A stretch of DNA of 64,000 bases, from NCBI GenBank assembly GCA_964016885.1, contig OZ024743.1, positions 130,820,001-130,884,000 of the forward strand, read 5' to 3'. Shown in pieces: positions 48,914-61,575 of this stretch. The notes beneath the pieces were generated by a model. That model had not been told where the DNA came from and made no database searches. It worked only from the letters and a program-made list of their open reading frames with translations. The translations under genes and the position numbers were made by a program. Each line of letters opens with the position of its first letter. Position 1 is the first letter of the stretch. Source of the DNA: Eledone cirrhosa (taxonomy: Eukaryota).

Positions 48914-50379
48914 TGGTGCTTGGTGTTTGGGGCTTGGTGTTTGGTGCTTGGTGCTTGGTGCTTGGTGTTTGGTGTTTGGTGCTTGGTGTTTGGTGCTTGC
49001 TGTTTGGTGCTTGGTGCTGGGTGTTTGGTGCTTGGTGTTTGGTGCATGGTGCTTGGTGCTTGGTGTTTGTCGCTTGGTGCTTGGTGCTTGGTGTTGGTGC
49101 TTGGTGTTTGGTGTTTGGTGCTTGGTGCTTGGTTTTTGGTGTTTGGTGCTTGGTGTTTGGTGCTTGGTGCTTGGTGTTTGTTGCTTGGTACTTGGTGCAT
49201 GGTGTTTGGTGCTGGGTGCTTGGTGTTTGGTGCTTGGTGTTTGGTGCTTGGTGCTTGGTGTTTGGTGTTTGGTGTTTGATGCTTGGTGTTTGATGCTTGG
49301 TGCTTGGTGCTTGGTGTTTGGTGCTTGGTGTTTGTACTTGGTGCTTGGTGTTTTGTGCTTGGTTCTTTGTGTTTGGTGTTTGGTCCTTGGTGCTTGGTGC
49401 TTGGTGTTAGGTGTTTGGTGCTTGGTGCTTGGTGTTTGGTGTTTGGACCTTGGTGCTTGGTGTTTAGTGCTTGGTGCTTGGAGTTTGTTGTTTGGTGCTT
49501 TCTGCTTGCTGCTTGGTGTTTGGTGCTTGGTGCTTGGTGCTTGGTGTTTGGTGTTTGGTGCTAGGTGCTTGGTGTTTGGTGTTTGGTGTTTGATGCTTGG
49601 TGTTTGGTGCTTGGTGTTTGGTGTTTTGTGCTTGGTGCTTGGGGCTTGGTGTTTAGTGCTTGGTGCTTGGTGTTTGGTGCTTGGTGCTTGGTGTTTGGTG
49701 TTTGGTGCTTGGTGCTTGGTGTTTGGTGCTTGGTGCTTGGTGCTGGGTGTTTGTTATTTGGTGCTTGGTGCTTGGTTTTTTCGTGCTTGGTGCTTGGTGC
49801 TTGGTGTTTGGTGCTTGGTGCTTGGTGCTTGGTCTTTGGTGCTTGGTGTTTGGTGCTTGGTACTTGGTGCTTGGTGTTTGGTGCTTGGTGATTAGTGTTT
49901 GGTGCTTGGTGCTTGGGGTTTGGTGTTTGGTGCTTGGTACTTGGTGTTTGGTGCTTGGTGTTTGGTGTTTGCTGTTTGGTGTTTGGTGTTTGGTGTTTGC
50001 TGTTTGATTTTTGGTGTTTGGTGTTTGCTGTATGGTGTTTGCTGTTTGGTGTTTGGTGTTTGCTGTTTGGTGTTTGGTGTTTGCTGTTTGGTGCTTGGTG
50101 CTTGGTGTTTGGTGTTTGGTGCTTGGTGCTTGGTGTTTGGTGTTTGTTGCTTGGTGCTTGTTGCTTGGTGTTTGGTGTTTGGTGTTTGGTGCTTGGTGTC
50201 TGGTGCTTGGTGTTTGGTGTTTGGTGTTTGGTGCTTGGTGTTTGGTGTTTGGTGTTTGGTGCTTGGTGTTTGGTGTTTGGTGTTTGGTGTTTGGTGCTTG
50301 TTGCTTGGTGCTTGGTGCTTGGTGTTTGGTGCTTGGTGCTTGGTGTTTGGTGCTGGGTGCTTGGTGTTTGGTGCTTGGT

Positions 50380-53170
50380 GCTTGGTGCTTGGTGTTTGGT
50401 GTTTGGTGCTTGGTGCTTGGTGTTTGGTGTTTGGTGTTATATGCTTTGTGTTTGATGCTTGGTGCTTGGTGCTTGGTATTTGGTGTTTGGTGTTTGGTGC
50501 TTGGTGTTTGATGCTTGGTGCTTGGTCCTTGGTGTTTGGTGCTTGGTGTTTGTACTTGGTGCTTGGTGCTTGGTTCTTGGTGCTTGGTGCTTGGTGCTTG
50601 GTGCTTTGTGCTTGGTGTTTGGTGCTTGGTGTTTGGTGCTTGGTGTTTGGTGCGTGGTGCCTGGTGCTTGGTGCTTGGTGCTTGGTGTTTGGGGCTTGGT
50701 GTTTGGGGCTTGGTGTTAGGTGTTTGGTGCTTGGTGCTTGGTGTTTGGTGTTTGGTGCTTGGTGTTTGGTGCTTGGTGCTTGGTGTTTGGTGTTTGGTGC
50801 TTGGTGTTTGGTGCTTGGTACTTGGTGCTTGGTGCTTGGTGTTAGGTGTTTGGTGCTTGGTGCTTGGTGTTTGGTTTTTGGTGCTTGTTGCTTGGTGTTT
50901 GGTGTTTGGTGCTTGCTGCTGGCTGCTTGGTGTTTGGTGCTTGGTGATTGGTGCTTGGTGTTTGGTGCTTGGTGTTTGGTGTTTGGTACTAGGTGCTTGG
51001 TGATTGGTGTTTGGCGCTTGGTGCTTGGTGTTTGGTGTTTGGTGTTTGGTGCTTGCTGCTTGGTGCTTGGTGCTGGGTGGTTGGTGTTTGGTGCTTGGTG
51101 ATTAGTGTTTGGTGCTAGGTGCTTGGGGTTTGGTGTTTGGTGCTTGGTGCTTGGTGTTTGGTGCTTGGTGCTTGGTGTTTGGTGCTTGGTGCTTGGTGTT
51201 TGGTGTTTGCTGTTTGCTGTTTGGTGTTTGTTGTTTGGTGTTTGTTGTTTGGTGCTTGGTGCTTGGTGCTTGGTGCTTAGTCCTTGGTGTTTGGTGCTTG
51301 GTGCTTGGTGTTTGTACTTGGTGCTTGGTGCTTGGTGTTTGGTTCTTGGTTCTTGGTGTTTGGTACTTGGTGCTTGGTGCTTGGTGCTTGGTGTTTGGTG
51401 TTTGGTGCTTGGTGTTTGGTGCTTGGTGCTTGGTGCTTGGTGCTTGGTGTTAGGTGTTTGGTGCTTGGTGCTTGGTGTTTGGTGCTTGGTGTTTGCTGTC
51501 TGGTGTTTGGTGTTTGGTGTTTGGTGTTTGCTGTTTGGTGTCTGCTTTTTGGTGTTTGGTGTTTGCTGTATGGTGTTTGCTGTTTGGTGTTTGGTGCTTC
51601 GTGTTTGGTGTTTGGTCTTTGGTGCTTGGTGTCTGGTGCTTGATGTTTGGTGTTTGGTGTTTGGTGCTTGGTGCTTGGTGTTTGGTGCTTGGTGCTTGGT
51701 GTTTGTACTTGGTGCTTGGTGCTTGGTGTTTGGTGCTTGGTTCTTGGTGTTTGGTGCTTGGTGTTTGGTGCTTGGTGCTTGGTGCTTGGTGTTTGGTGTT
51801 TGGTGCTTGGTGCTTGGTGTTTGGTGTTTGGTGTTATATGCTTTGTGTTTGATGCTTGGTGCTTGGTGCTTGGTATTTGGTGTTTGGTGTTTGGTGCTTG
51901 GTGTTTGATGCTTGGTGCTTGGTCCTTGGTGTTTGGTGCTTGGTGTTTGTACTTGGTGCTTGGTGCTTGGTTCTTGGTGCTTGGTGCTTGGTGCTTGGTG
52001 CTTTGTGCTTGGTGTTTGGTGCTTGGTGTTCGGTGCTTGGTGTTTGGTGCTTGGTGCCTGGTGCTTGGTGCTTGGTGCTTGGTGTTTGGGGCTTGGTGTT
52101 TGGGGCTTGGTGTTAGGTGTTTGGTGCTTGGTGCTTGGTGTTTGGTGTTTGGTGCTTGGTGTTTGGTGCTTGGTGCTTGGTGTTTGGTGTTTGGTGCTTG
52201 GTGTTTGGTGCTTGGTACTTGGTGCTTGGTGCTTGGTGTTAGGTGTTTGGTGCTTGGTGCTTGGTGTTTGGTTTTTGGTGCTTGTTGCTTGGTGTTTGGT
52301 GTTTGGTGCTTGCTGCTGGCTGCTTGGTGTTTGGTGCTTGGTGATTGGTGCTTGGTGTTTGGTGCTTGGTGTTTGGTGTTTGGTACTAGGTGCTTGGTGA
52401 TTGGTGTTTGGCGCTTGGTGCTTGGTGTTTGGTGTCTGGTGTTTGGTGCTTGCTGCTTGGTGCTTGGTGCTGGGTGGTTGGTGTTTGGTGCTTGGTGATT
52501 AGTGTTTGGTGCTAGGTGCTTGGGGTTTGGTGTTTCGTGCTTGGTGCTTGGTGTTTGGTGCTTGGTGCTTGGTGTTTGGTGCTTGGTGCTTGGTGTTTGG
52601 TGTTTGCTGTTTGCTGTTTGGTGTTTGTTGTTTGGTGTTTGTTGTTTGGTGCTTGGTGCTTGGTGCTTGGTGCTTAGTCCTTGGTGTTTGGTGCTTGGTG
52701 CTTGGTGTTTGTACTTGGTGCTTGGTGCTTGGTGTTTGGTTCTTGGTTCTTGGTGTTTGGTACTTGGTGCTTGGTGCTTGGTGCTTGGTGTTTGGTGTTT
52801 GGTGCTTGGTGTTTGGTGCTTGGTGCTTGGTGCTTGGTGCTTGGTGTTAGGTGTTTGGTGCTTGGTGCTTGGTGTTTGGTGCTTGGTGTTTGCTGTCTGG
52901 TGTTTGGTGTTTGGTGTTTGGTGTTTGCTGTTTGGTGTCTGCTTTTTGGTGTTTGGTGTTTGCTGTATGGTGTTTGCTGTTTGGTGTTTGGTGCTTCGTG
53001 TTTGGTGTTTGGTCTTTGGTGCTTGGTGTCTGGTGCTTGATGTTTGGTGTTTGGTGTTTGGTGCTTGGTGCTTGGTGTTTGGTGCTTGGTGCTTGGTGTT
53101 TGTACTTGGTGCTTGGTGCTTGGTGTTTGGTGCTTGGTTCTTGGTGTTTGGTGCTTGGTGTTTGGTGCTT
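50380..53170 (+). repeat. 1,397-bp tandem duplication
   Basis: Constant offset 1,397 (50459->51856, 51105->52502, 51454->52851), equal to 200 units minus three 1-bp shortfalls from 6-bp units. Confidence 0.88.
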
Positions 53171-56100
53171 GGTGCTTGGTGTTTGGTGCTTGGTGCTTGG
53201 TGTTTGGTGTTTGGTGCTTGGTGCTTGGTGCTTGGTGTTAGGTGTTTGGTGCTTGGTGCTTGGTGTTTAGTGTTTGGTTCTTGGTGCTTGGTATTTGGTG
53301 CTTGGTGCTTGCTGCTTGGTGTTTGGTGCTTGGTGATTGATGCTTGGTGTTTGGTGCTTGGTGCCCAGTGTTTGGTTTTTGGTGCTAGGTGCTTGGTGCA
53401 TGGTGTTTGGTGCTTGGTGTTTGGTGTTTGGTGGTTGGTGCTTGGGGATTGGTGTTTGGTACTTGGTGCTTGGTGCTTGGTGTTTGGTGCTTGGTGCTTG
53501 GTGTTTGGTGTTTGGTGCTTGGTGCTTGGTATTTGGTGCTTGGTGCTTGGTGTTTGGTGTTTGGTGCTTGGTGCTTGGTGCTTGTTGTTTGGTGATTGGT
53601 GCTTGGTGCTTGGTGATTGGTGTTTGGTGCTTGGGGCTTGGTGTTTGGTGCTGCGTGCTTGGTGCTTGGTGCTTGGTGCTTGGTGCTTGGTGTTTGATGC
53701 TTGGTGTTTGATGCTTTGTGTTTGGTGTTTGGTGTTTGGTGCTTGGTGTTTGGTGTTTGATGCTTGGTGCTTGATGCTTGGTGCTTGGTGCTTGGTGTTT
53801 GGTGCTTGGTGCTTGGTGTTTGGTGTTTGGTGCTTGGTGCTTGGTGTTTGGTGCTTGGTGCTTGGTGCTTGTTGTTTGATGATTGGTACTTGGTGCTTGG
53901 TGTTTGGTGTTTGGTGCTTGGGGCTTGGTGTTTGGTGCTGCGTGCTTGGTGCTTGGTGCTAGGTGCTTGGTGCTTGGGGTTTTGTGTTTGGTGTTTGATG
54001 CTTGGTGCTTGGTGTTTGCTGTTTGCTGTTTGCTGTTTCGTGTTTGCTGTTTGGTGTTTGGTGTTTGGTGTTTGCTGTTTGGTGTTTGCTGTTTGGTGTT
54101 TGGTGCTTGCTGTTTGGTGCTTGGTGTTTGGTGCTTGGTGCTTGGTGTTTGGTGTTTGGTGTTTGGTGCTTGGTGCTTGGGGCTTGATTTGGTGCTTGGT
54201 GCTTGGTGCTTGGTGTTTGGTGTTTGGTGCTTGGTGTTTGGTGCTTGGTGCTTGGTGCTGGGTGTTTGGTGCTTGGTGTTTGGTGCATGGTGCTTGGTGC
54301 TTGTTGTTTGTCGCTTGTTGCTTGGTGCTTGGTGTTTGGTGCTTGGTGCTTGGTGTTTGGTGTTTGGTGCTTGGTGCTTGGTGTTTGGTGTTTGGTGCTT
54401 GGTGTTTGGTGTTTGGTGCTTGGTGCTTGGTGTTTGCTGCTTGGTACTTGGTGCATGGTGTTTGGTGCTGGGTGCTTGGTGTTTGGTGCTTGGTGTTTGG
54501 TGCTTGGTGCTTGGTGTTTGGTGTTTGGTGTTTGATGCTTGGTGTTTTATGCTTGGTGCTTGGTGTTTGGTGCTTGGTGTTTGTACTTGGTGCTTGGTGC
54601 TTGGTGTTTTGTGCTTGGTTCTTGGTGTTTGGTGTTTGGTGCTTGGTACTTGGTGCTTGGTGTTAGGTGTTTGGTGCTTGGTGCTTGGTGTTTGGTGTTT
54701 GGTCCTTGGTGCTTGGTGCTTGGTGTTTAGTGCTTGGTGCTTGGTGTTTGTTGTTTGGTGCTTTCTGCTTGCTGCTTGGTGTTTGCTGCTTGGTGCTTGG
54801 TGCTTGGTGTTTGGTGTTTGGTGCTAGGTGCTTGGTGTTTGGTGTTTGGTGTTTGATGCTTGGTGTTTGGTGCTTGGTGTTTGGTGCTTGGTGCTTGGGG
54901 CTTGGTGTTTGGTGCTTGGTGCTTGGTGCTTGGTGTTTGGTGCTTGGTGTTTGGTGTTTGGTGTTTGATGCTTGGTGTTTGGTGCTTGGTGTTTGGTGCT
55001 TGGTGCTTGGGGCTTGGTGTTTGGTGTTTGGTGCTTGGTGCTTGGTGTTTGGTTCTTGGTGCTTGGTGCTGGGTGGTTGGTATTTGGTGCTTGGTGCTTG
55101 GTGTTTGGTGCTTGGTGCCTGGTGCTTGGTGTTTGGTGCTTGGTGCTTGGTGCTTGGTCTTTGGTGCTTGGTGTTTGGTGTTTGGTGCTTGGTGCTTTGT
55201 GTTTGGTGCTTGGTGATTAGTGTTTGGTGCTTGGTGCTTGGGGTTTGGTGTTTGGTGCTTGGTACTTGGTGTTTGGTGCTTGGTGTTTGGTGTTTGCTGT
55301 TTGGTGTTTGGTGTTTGGTGTTTGCTGTATGGTGTTTGCTGTTTCGTGTTTGGTGTTTGCTGTTTGGTGTTTGGTGTTTGCTGTTTGGTGTTTGGTCTTT
55401 GGTGCTTGGTGTTTGGTGCTTGGTGTTTGGTGTTTGGTGCTTGGTGTTTGGTGTTTGGTGCTTGGTGCTTGGTGCTTGGTGTTTGGTGTTTGGTGTTTGG
55501 TGCTTGGTGTCTGGTGCTTGGTGTTTGGTGTTTGGTGTTTGGTGCTTGGTGTTTGGTGTTTGGTGTTTGGTGTTTGGTGCTTGTTGCTTGGTACTTGGTG
55601 CTTGGTGTTTGGTGCTTGGTGCTTGGTGTTTGTTGCTGGGTGCTTGGTGTTTGGTGCTTGGTGCTTGGTGCTTGGTGTTTGGTGTTTGGTGCTTGGTGCT
55701 TGGTGCTTGGTGTTTGGTGTTTGGTGCTTGGTGTTTTATGCTTGGTGTTTGATGTTTGGTGCTTGGTGCTTGGTGTTTGGTGCTTGGTGCTTGGTGTTTG
55801 TACTTGGTGCTTGGTGCTTGGTTCTTGGTGTTTGGTGCTTGGTGCTTGGTGCTTGGTGCTTGGTGTTTGGTGCTTGGTGTTTGGTGCTTGGTGTTTGGTG
55901 CTTGGTGCCTGGTGCTTGGTACTTGGTGCTTGGTGCTTGGTGTTAGGTGTTTGGTGCTTGGTGCTTGGTGTTTGGTTTTTGGTGCTTGGTGCTTGGTGTT
56001 TGGTGTTTGGTGCTTGCTGCTGGCTTCTTGGTGTTTGGTGCTTGGTGATTGGTGCTTGGTGTTTGGTGCTTGGTGTTTGGTGTTTGGTACTAGGTGCTTG

Positions 56101-59100
56101 GTGCTTGGTGTTTGGTGCTTGGTGCTTGGTGTTTGGTGTTTGGTGCTTGGTGCTTGGTGTTTGGTGCTTGGTGCTGGGTGCTGGGTGGTTGGTGTTTGGT
56201 GTTTGGTGTTTGGTGCTGGGTGCTTGGTGTTTGGTGCTTGGTGCTTGGTCTTTGGTGTTTGGTGTTTGGTGTTTGGTGCTTGGTGCTTGGTGCTTGGTGT
56301 TTGGTGCTTGGTGCTTGGTGTTTGGTGCTTGGTGCTTAGTGTTTGGTGCTAGGTGCTTGGGGTTTGGTGTTTGGTGCTTGGTGCTTGGTGTTTGGTGCTT
56401 GGTGCTTGGTGTTTGGTGTTTGGTGCTTGGTGCTTGGTGTTTGGTGTTTGGTGTTTGCTGTTTGGTGTTTGGTGTTTGGTGTTTGCTGTTTGGTGTCTGC
56501 TTTTTGGTGTTTGGTGTTGGCTGTATGTTATTTGCTGTTTGGTGTTTGGTGTTTGGTTGTTTGGTGCTTGGTGCTTGGTGTTTGGTGTTTGGTGCTTGGT
56601 GCTTGGAGTTTGGTGTTTGGTGCTTGGTGCTTGGTGTTTTGTGCTTGGTGTTTGGTTTTTGGTGCTTGGTGCTTGGTGCTTGTTGCTTGGTCCTTGGTGT
56701 TTGGTGCTTGGTGCTTGGTGTTTGTACTTGGTGCTTGGTGCTTGGTGTTTGGTTCTTGGTTCTTGGTGTTTGGTAATTGGTGCTTGGTGCTTGGTGCTTG
56801 GTGTTTGGTGTTTGGTGCTTGGTGTTTGGTGCTTGGTGCTTGGTGCTTGGTGTTAGGTGTTTGGTGCTTGGTGCCTGGTGTTTGGTGCTTGGTGCTTGGT
56901 GTTTGGTGTTTGGTGCTTGGTGTTTGGTGCTTGGTACTTGGTGCTTGGTGCTTGGTGTTAGGTGTTTGGTGCTTGGTGCTTGGTGTTTGGTTTTTGGTGC
57001 TTGTTGCTTGGTGTTTGGTGTTTGGTGCTTGCTGCTGGCTGCTTGGTGTTTGGTGCTTGGTGATTGGTGCTTGGTGTTTGGTGCTTGGTGTTTGGTGTTT
57101 GGTACTAGGTGCTTGGTGATTGGTGTTTGGCGCTTGGTGCTTGGTGTTTGGTGTCTGGTGTTTGGTGCTTGCTGCTTGGTGCTTGGTGCTGGGTGGTTGG
57201 TGTTTGGTGCTTGGTGATTAGTGTTTGGTGCTAGGTGCTTGGGGTTTGGTGTTTGGTGCTTGGTGCTTGGTGTTTGGTGCTTGGTGCTTGGTGTTTGGTG
57301 CTTGGTGCTTGGTGTTTGGTGTTTGCTGTTTGCTGTTTGGTGTTTGTTGTTTGGTGTTTGTTGTTTGGTGCTTGGTGCTTGGTGCTTGGTGCTTAGTCCT
57401 TGGTGTTTGGTGCTTGGTGCTTGGTGTTTGGTTCTTGGTTCTTGGTGTTTGGTACTTGGTGCTTGGTGCTTGGTGCTTGGTGTTTGGTGTTTGGTGCTTG
57501 GTGTTTGGTGCTTGGTGCTTGGTGCTTGGTGCTTGGTGTTAGGTGTTTGGTGCTTGGTGCTTGGTGTTTGGTGCTTGGTGTTTGCTGTCTGGTGTTTGGT
57601 GTTTGGTGTTTGGTGTTTGCTGTTTGGTGTCTGCTTTTTGGTGTTTGGTGTTTGCTGTATGGTGTTTGCTGTTTGGTGTTTGGTGCTTCGTGTTTGGTGT
57701 TTGGTCTTTGGTGCTTGGTGTCTGGTGCTTGATGTTTGGTGTTTGGTGTTTGGTGCTTGGTGCTTGGTGTTTGGTGCTTGGTGCTTGGTGTTTGTACTTG
57801 GTGCTTGGTGCTTGGTGTTTGGTGCTTGGTTCTTGGTGTTTGGTGCTTGGTGTTTGGTGCTTGGTGCTTGGTGTTTGGTGCTTGGTGCTTGGTGTTTGGT
57901 GTTTGGTGCTTGGTGCTTGGTGCTTGGTGTTAGGTGTTTGGTGCTTGGTGCTTGGTGTTTAGTGTTTGGTTCTTGGTGCTTGGTATTTGGTGCTTGGTGC
58001 TTGCTGCTTGGTGTTTGGTGCTTGGTGATTGATGCTTGGTGTTTGGTGCTTGGTGCCCAGTGTTTGGTTTTTGGTGCTAGGTGCTTGGTGCATGGTGTTT
58101 GGTGCTTGGTGTTTGGTGTTTGGTGGTTGGTGCTTGGGGATTGGTGTTTGGTACTTGGTGCTTGGTGCTTGGTGTTTGGTGCTTGGTGCTTGGTGTTTGG
58201 TGTTTGGTGCTTGGTGCTTGGTATTTGGTGCTTGGTGCTTGGTGTTTGGTGTTTGGTGCTTGGTGCTTGGTGCTTGTTGTTTGGTGATTGGTGCTTGGTG
58301 CTTGGTGTTTGGTGTTTGGTGCTTGGGGCTTGGTGTTTGGTGCTGCGTGCTTGGTGCTTGGTGCTTGGTGCTTGGTGCTTGGTGTTTGATGCTTGGTGTT
58401 TGATGCTTTGTGTTTGGTGTTTGGTGTTTGGTGCTTGGTGTTTGGTGTTTGATGCTTGGTGCTTGATGCTTGGTGCTTGGTGCTTGGTGTTTGGTGCTTG
58501 GTGCTTGGTGTTTGGTGTTTGGTGCTTGGTGCTTGGTGTTTGGTGCTTGGTGCTTGGTGCTTGTTGTTTGATGATTGGTACTTGGTGCTTGGTGTTTGGT
58601 GTTTGGTGCTTGGGGCTTGGTGTTTGGTGCTGCGTGCTTGGTGCTTGGTGCTAGGTGCTTGGTGCTTGGGGTTTTGTGTTTGGTGTTTGATGCTTGGTGC
58701 TTGGTGTTTGCTGTTTGCTGTTTGCTGTTTCGTGTTTGCTGTTTGGTGTTTGGTGTTTGGTGTTTGCTGTTTGGTGTTTGCTGTTTGGTGTTTGGTGCTT
58801 GCTGTTTGGTGCTTGGTGTTTGGTGCTTGGTGCTTGGTGTTTGGTGTTTGGTGTTTGGTGCTTGGTGCTTGGGGCTTGATTTGGTGCTTGGTGCTTGGTG
58901 CTTGGTGTTTGGTGTTTGGTGCTTGGTGTTTGGTGCTTGGTGCTTGGTGCTGGGTGTTTGGTGCTTGGTGTTTGGTGCATGGTGCTTGGTGCTTGTTGTT
59001 TGTCGCTTGTTGCTTGGTGCTTGGTGTTTGGTGCTTGGTGCTTGGTGTTTGGTGTTTGGTGCTTGGTGCTTGGTGTTTGGTGTTTGGTGCTTGGTGTTTG

Positions 59101-61575
59101 GTGTTTGGTGCTTGGTGCTTGGTGTTTGCTGCTTGGTACTTGGTGCATGGTGTTTGGTGCTGGGTGCTTGGTGTTTGGTGCTTGGTGTTTGGTGCTTGGT
59201 GCTTGGTGTTTGGTGTTTGGTGTTTGATGCTTGGTGTTTTATGCTTGGTGCTTGGTGTTTGGTGCTTGGTGTTTGTACTTGGTGCTTGGTGCTTGGTGTT
59301 TTGTGCTTGGTTCTTGGTGTTTGGTGTTTGGTGCTTGGTACTTGGTGCTTGGTGTTAGGTGTTTGGTGCTTGGTGCTTGGTGTTTGGTGTTTGGTCCTTG
59401 GTGCTTGGTGCTTGGTGTTTAGTGCTTGGTGCTTGGTGTTTGTTGTTTGGTGCTTTCTGCTTGCTGCTTGGTGTTTGCTGCTTGGTGCTTGGTGCTTGGT
59501 GTTTGGTGTTTGGTGCTAGGTGCTTGGTGTTTGGTGTTTGGTGTTTGATGCTTGGTGTTTGGTGCTTGGTGTTTGGTGCTTGGTGCTTGGGGCTTGGTGT
59601 TTGGTGCTTGGTGCTTGGTGCTTGGTGTTTGGTGCTTGGTGTTTGGTGTTTGGTGTTTGATGCTTGGTGTTTGGTGCTTGGTGTTTGGTGCTTGGTGCTT
59701 GGGGCTTGGTGTTTGGTGTTTGGTGCTTGGTGCTTGGTGTTTGGTTCTTGGTGCTTGGTGCTGGGTGGTTGGTATTTGGTGCTTGGTGCTTGGTGTTTGG
59801 TGCTTGGTGCTTGGTGCTTGGTGTTTGGTGCTTGGTGCTTGGTGCTTGGTCTTTGGTGCTTGGTGTTTGGTGTTTGGTGCTTGGTGCTTTGTGTTTGGTG
59901 CTTGGTGATTAGTGTTTGGTGCTTGGTGCTTGGGGTTTGGTGTTTGGTGCTTGGTACTTGGTGTTTGGTGCTTGGTGTTTGGTGTTTGCTGTTTGGTGTT
60001 TGGTGTTTGGTGTTTGCTGTATGGTGTTTGCTGTTTCGTGTTTGGTGTTTGCTGTTTGGTGTTTGGTGTTTGCTGTTTGGTGTTTGGTCTTTGGTGCTTG
60101 GTGTTTGGTGCTTGGTGCTTGGTGTTTGGTGTTTGGTGCTTGGTGTTTGGTGTTTGGTGCTTGGTGCTTGGTGCTTGGTGTTTGGTGTTTGGTGTTTGGT
60201 GCTTGGTGTCTGGTGCTTGGTGTTTGGTGTTTGGTGTTTGGTGCTTGGTGTTTGGTGTTTGGTGTTTGGTGTTTGGTGCTTGTTGCTTGGTACTTGGTGC
60301 TTGGTGTTTGGTGCTTGGTGCTTGGTGTTTGTTGCTGGGTGCTTGGTGTTTGGTGCTTGGTGCTTGGTGCTTGGTGTTTGGTGTTTGGTGCTTGGTGCTT
60401 GGTGCTTGGTGTTTGGTGTTTGGTGCTTGGTGTTTTATGCTTGGTGTTTGATGTTTGGTGCTTGGTGCTTGGAGTTTGGTGCTTGGTGCTTGGTGTTTGT
60501 ACTTGGTGCTTGGTGCTTGGTTCTTGGTGTTTGGTGCTTGGTGCTTGGTGCTTGGTGCTTGGTGTTTGGTGCTTGGTGTTTGGTGCTTGGTGTTTGGTGC
60601 TTGGTGCCTGGTGCTTGGTACTTGGTGCTTGGTGCTTGGTGTTAGGTGTTTGGTGCTTGGTGCTTGGTGTTTGGTTTTTGGTGCTTGGTGCTTGGTGTTT
60701 GGTGTTTGGTGCTTGCTGCTGGCTGCTTGGTGTTTGGTGCTTGGTGATTGGTGCTTGGTGTTTGGTGCTTGGTGTTTGGTGTTTGGTACTAGGTGCTTGG
60801 TGCTTGGTGTTTGGTGCTTGGTGCTTGGTGTTTGGTGTTTGGTGCTTGGTGCTTGGTGTTTGGTGCTTGGTGCTGGGTGCTGGGTGGTTGGTGTTTGGTG
60901 TTTGGTGTTTGGTGCTGGGTGCTTGGTGTTTGGTGCTTGGTGCTTGGTCTTTGGTGTTTGGTGTTTGGTGTTTGGTGCTTGGTGCTTGGTGCTTGGTGTT
61001 TGGTGCTTGGTGCTTGGTGTTTGGTGCTTGGTGCTTAGTGTTTGGTGCTAGGTGCTTGGGGTTTGGTGTTTGGTGCTTGGTGCTTGGTGTTTGGTGCTTG
61101 GTGGTTGGTGTTTGGTGTTTGGTGCTTGGTGCTTGGTGTTTGGTGTTTGGTGTTTGCTGTTTGGTGTTTGGTGTTTGGTGTTTGCTGTTTGGTGTCTGCT
61201 TTTTGGTGTTTGGTGTTGGCTGTATGTTATTTGCTGTTTGGTGTTTGGTGTTTGGTTGTTTGGTGCTTGGTGCTTGGTGTTTGGTGTTTGGTGCTTGGTG
61301 CTTGGAGTTTGGTGTTTGGTGCTTGGTGCTTGGTGTTTTGTGCTTGGTGTTTGGTTTTTGGTGCTTGGTGCTTGGTGCTTGTTGCTTGGTCCTTGGTGTT
61401 TGGTGCTTGGTGCTTGGTGTTTGTACTTGGTGCTTGGTGCTTGGTGTTTGGTTCTTGGTTCTTGGTGTTTGGTAATTGGTGCTTGGTGCTTGGTGCTTGG
61501 TGTTTGGTGTTTGGTGCTTGGTGTTTGGTGCTTGGTGCTTGGTGCTTGGTGTTAGGTGTTTGGTGCTTGGTGCTT
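52160..61575 (+). repeat. ~4.7-kb tandem duplication (boundary ~56,875)
   Basis: Offsets 4,719 (52502->57221), 4,692 (53337->58029, 55220->59912) and 4,699 (56343->61042, 56777->61476). Shared private variants GTGCCCAGTG, GGGGATTGG, GGCTTGATTTGG, GGCTGTATGTTATTT and GGTAATTGG. Confidence 0.88.
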
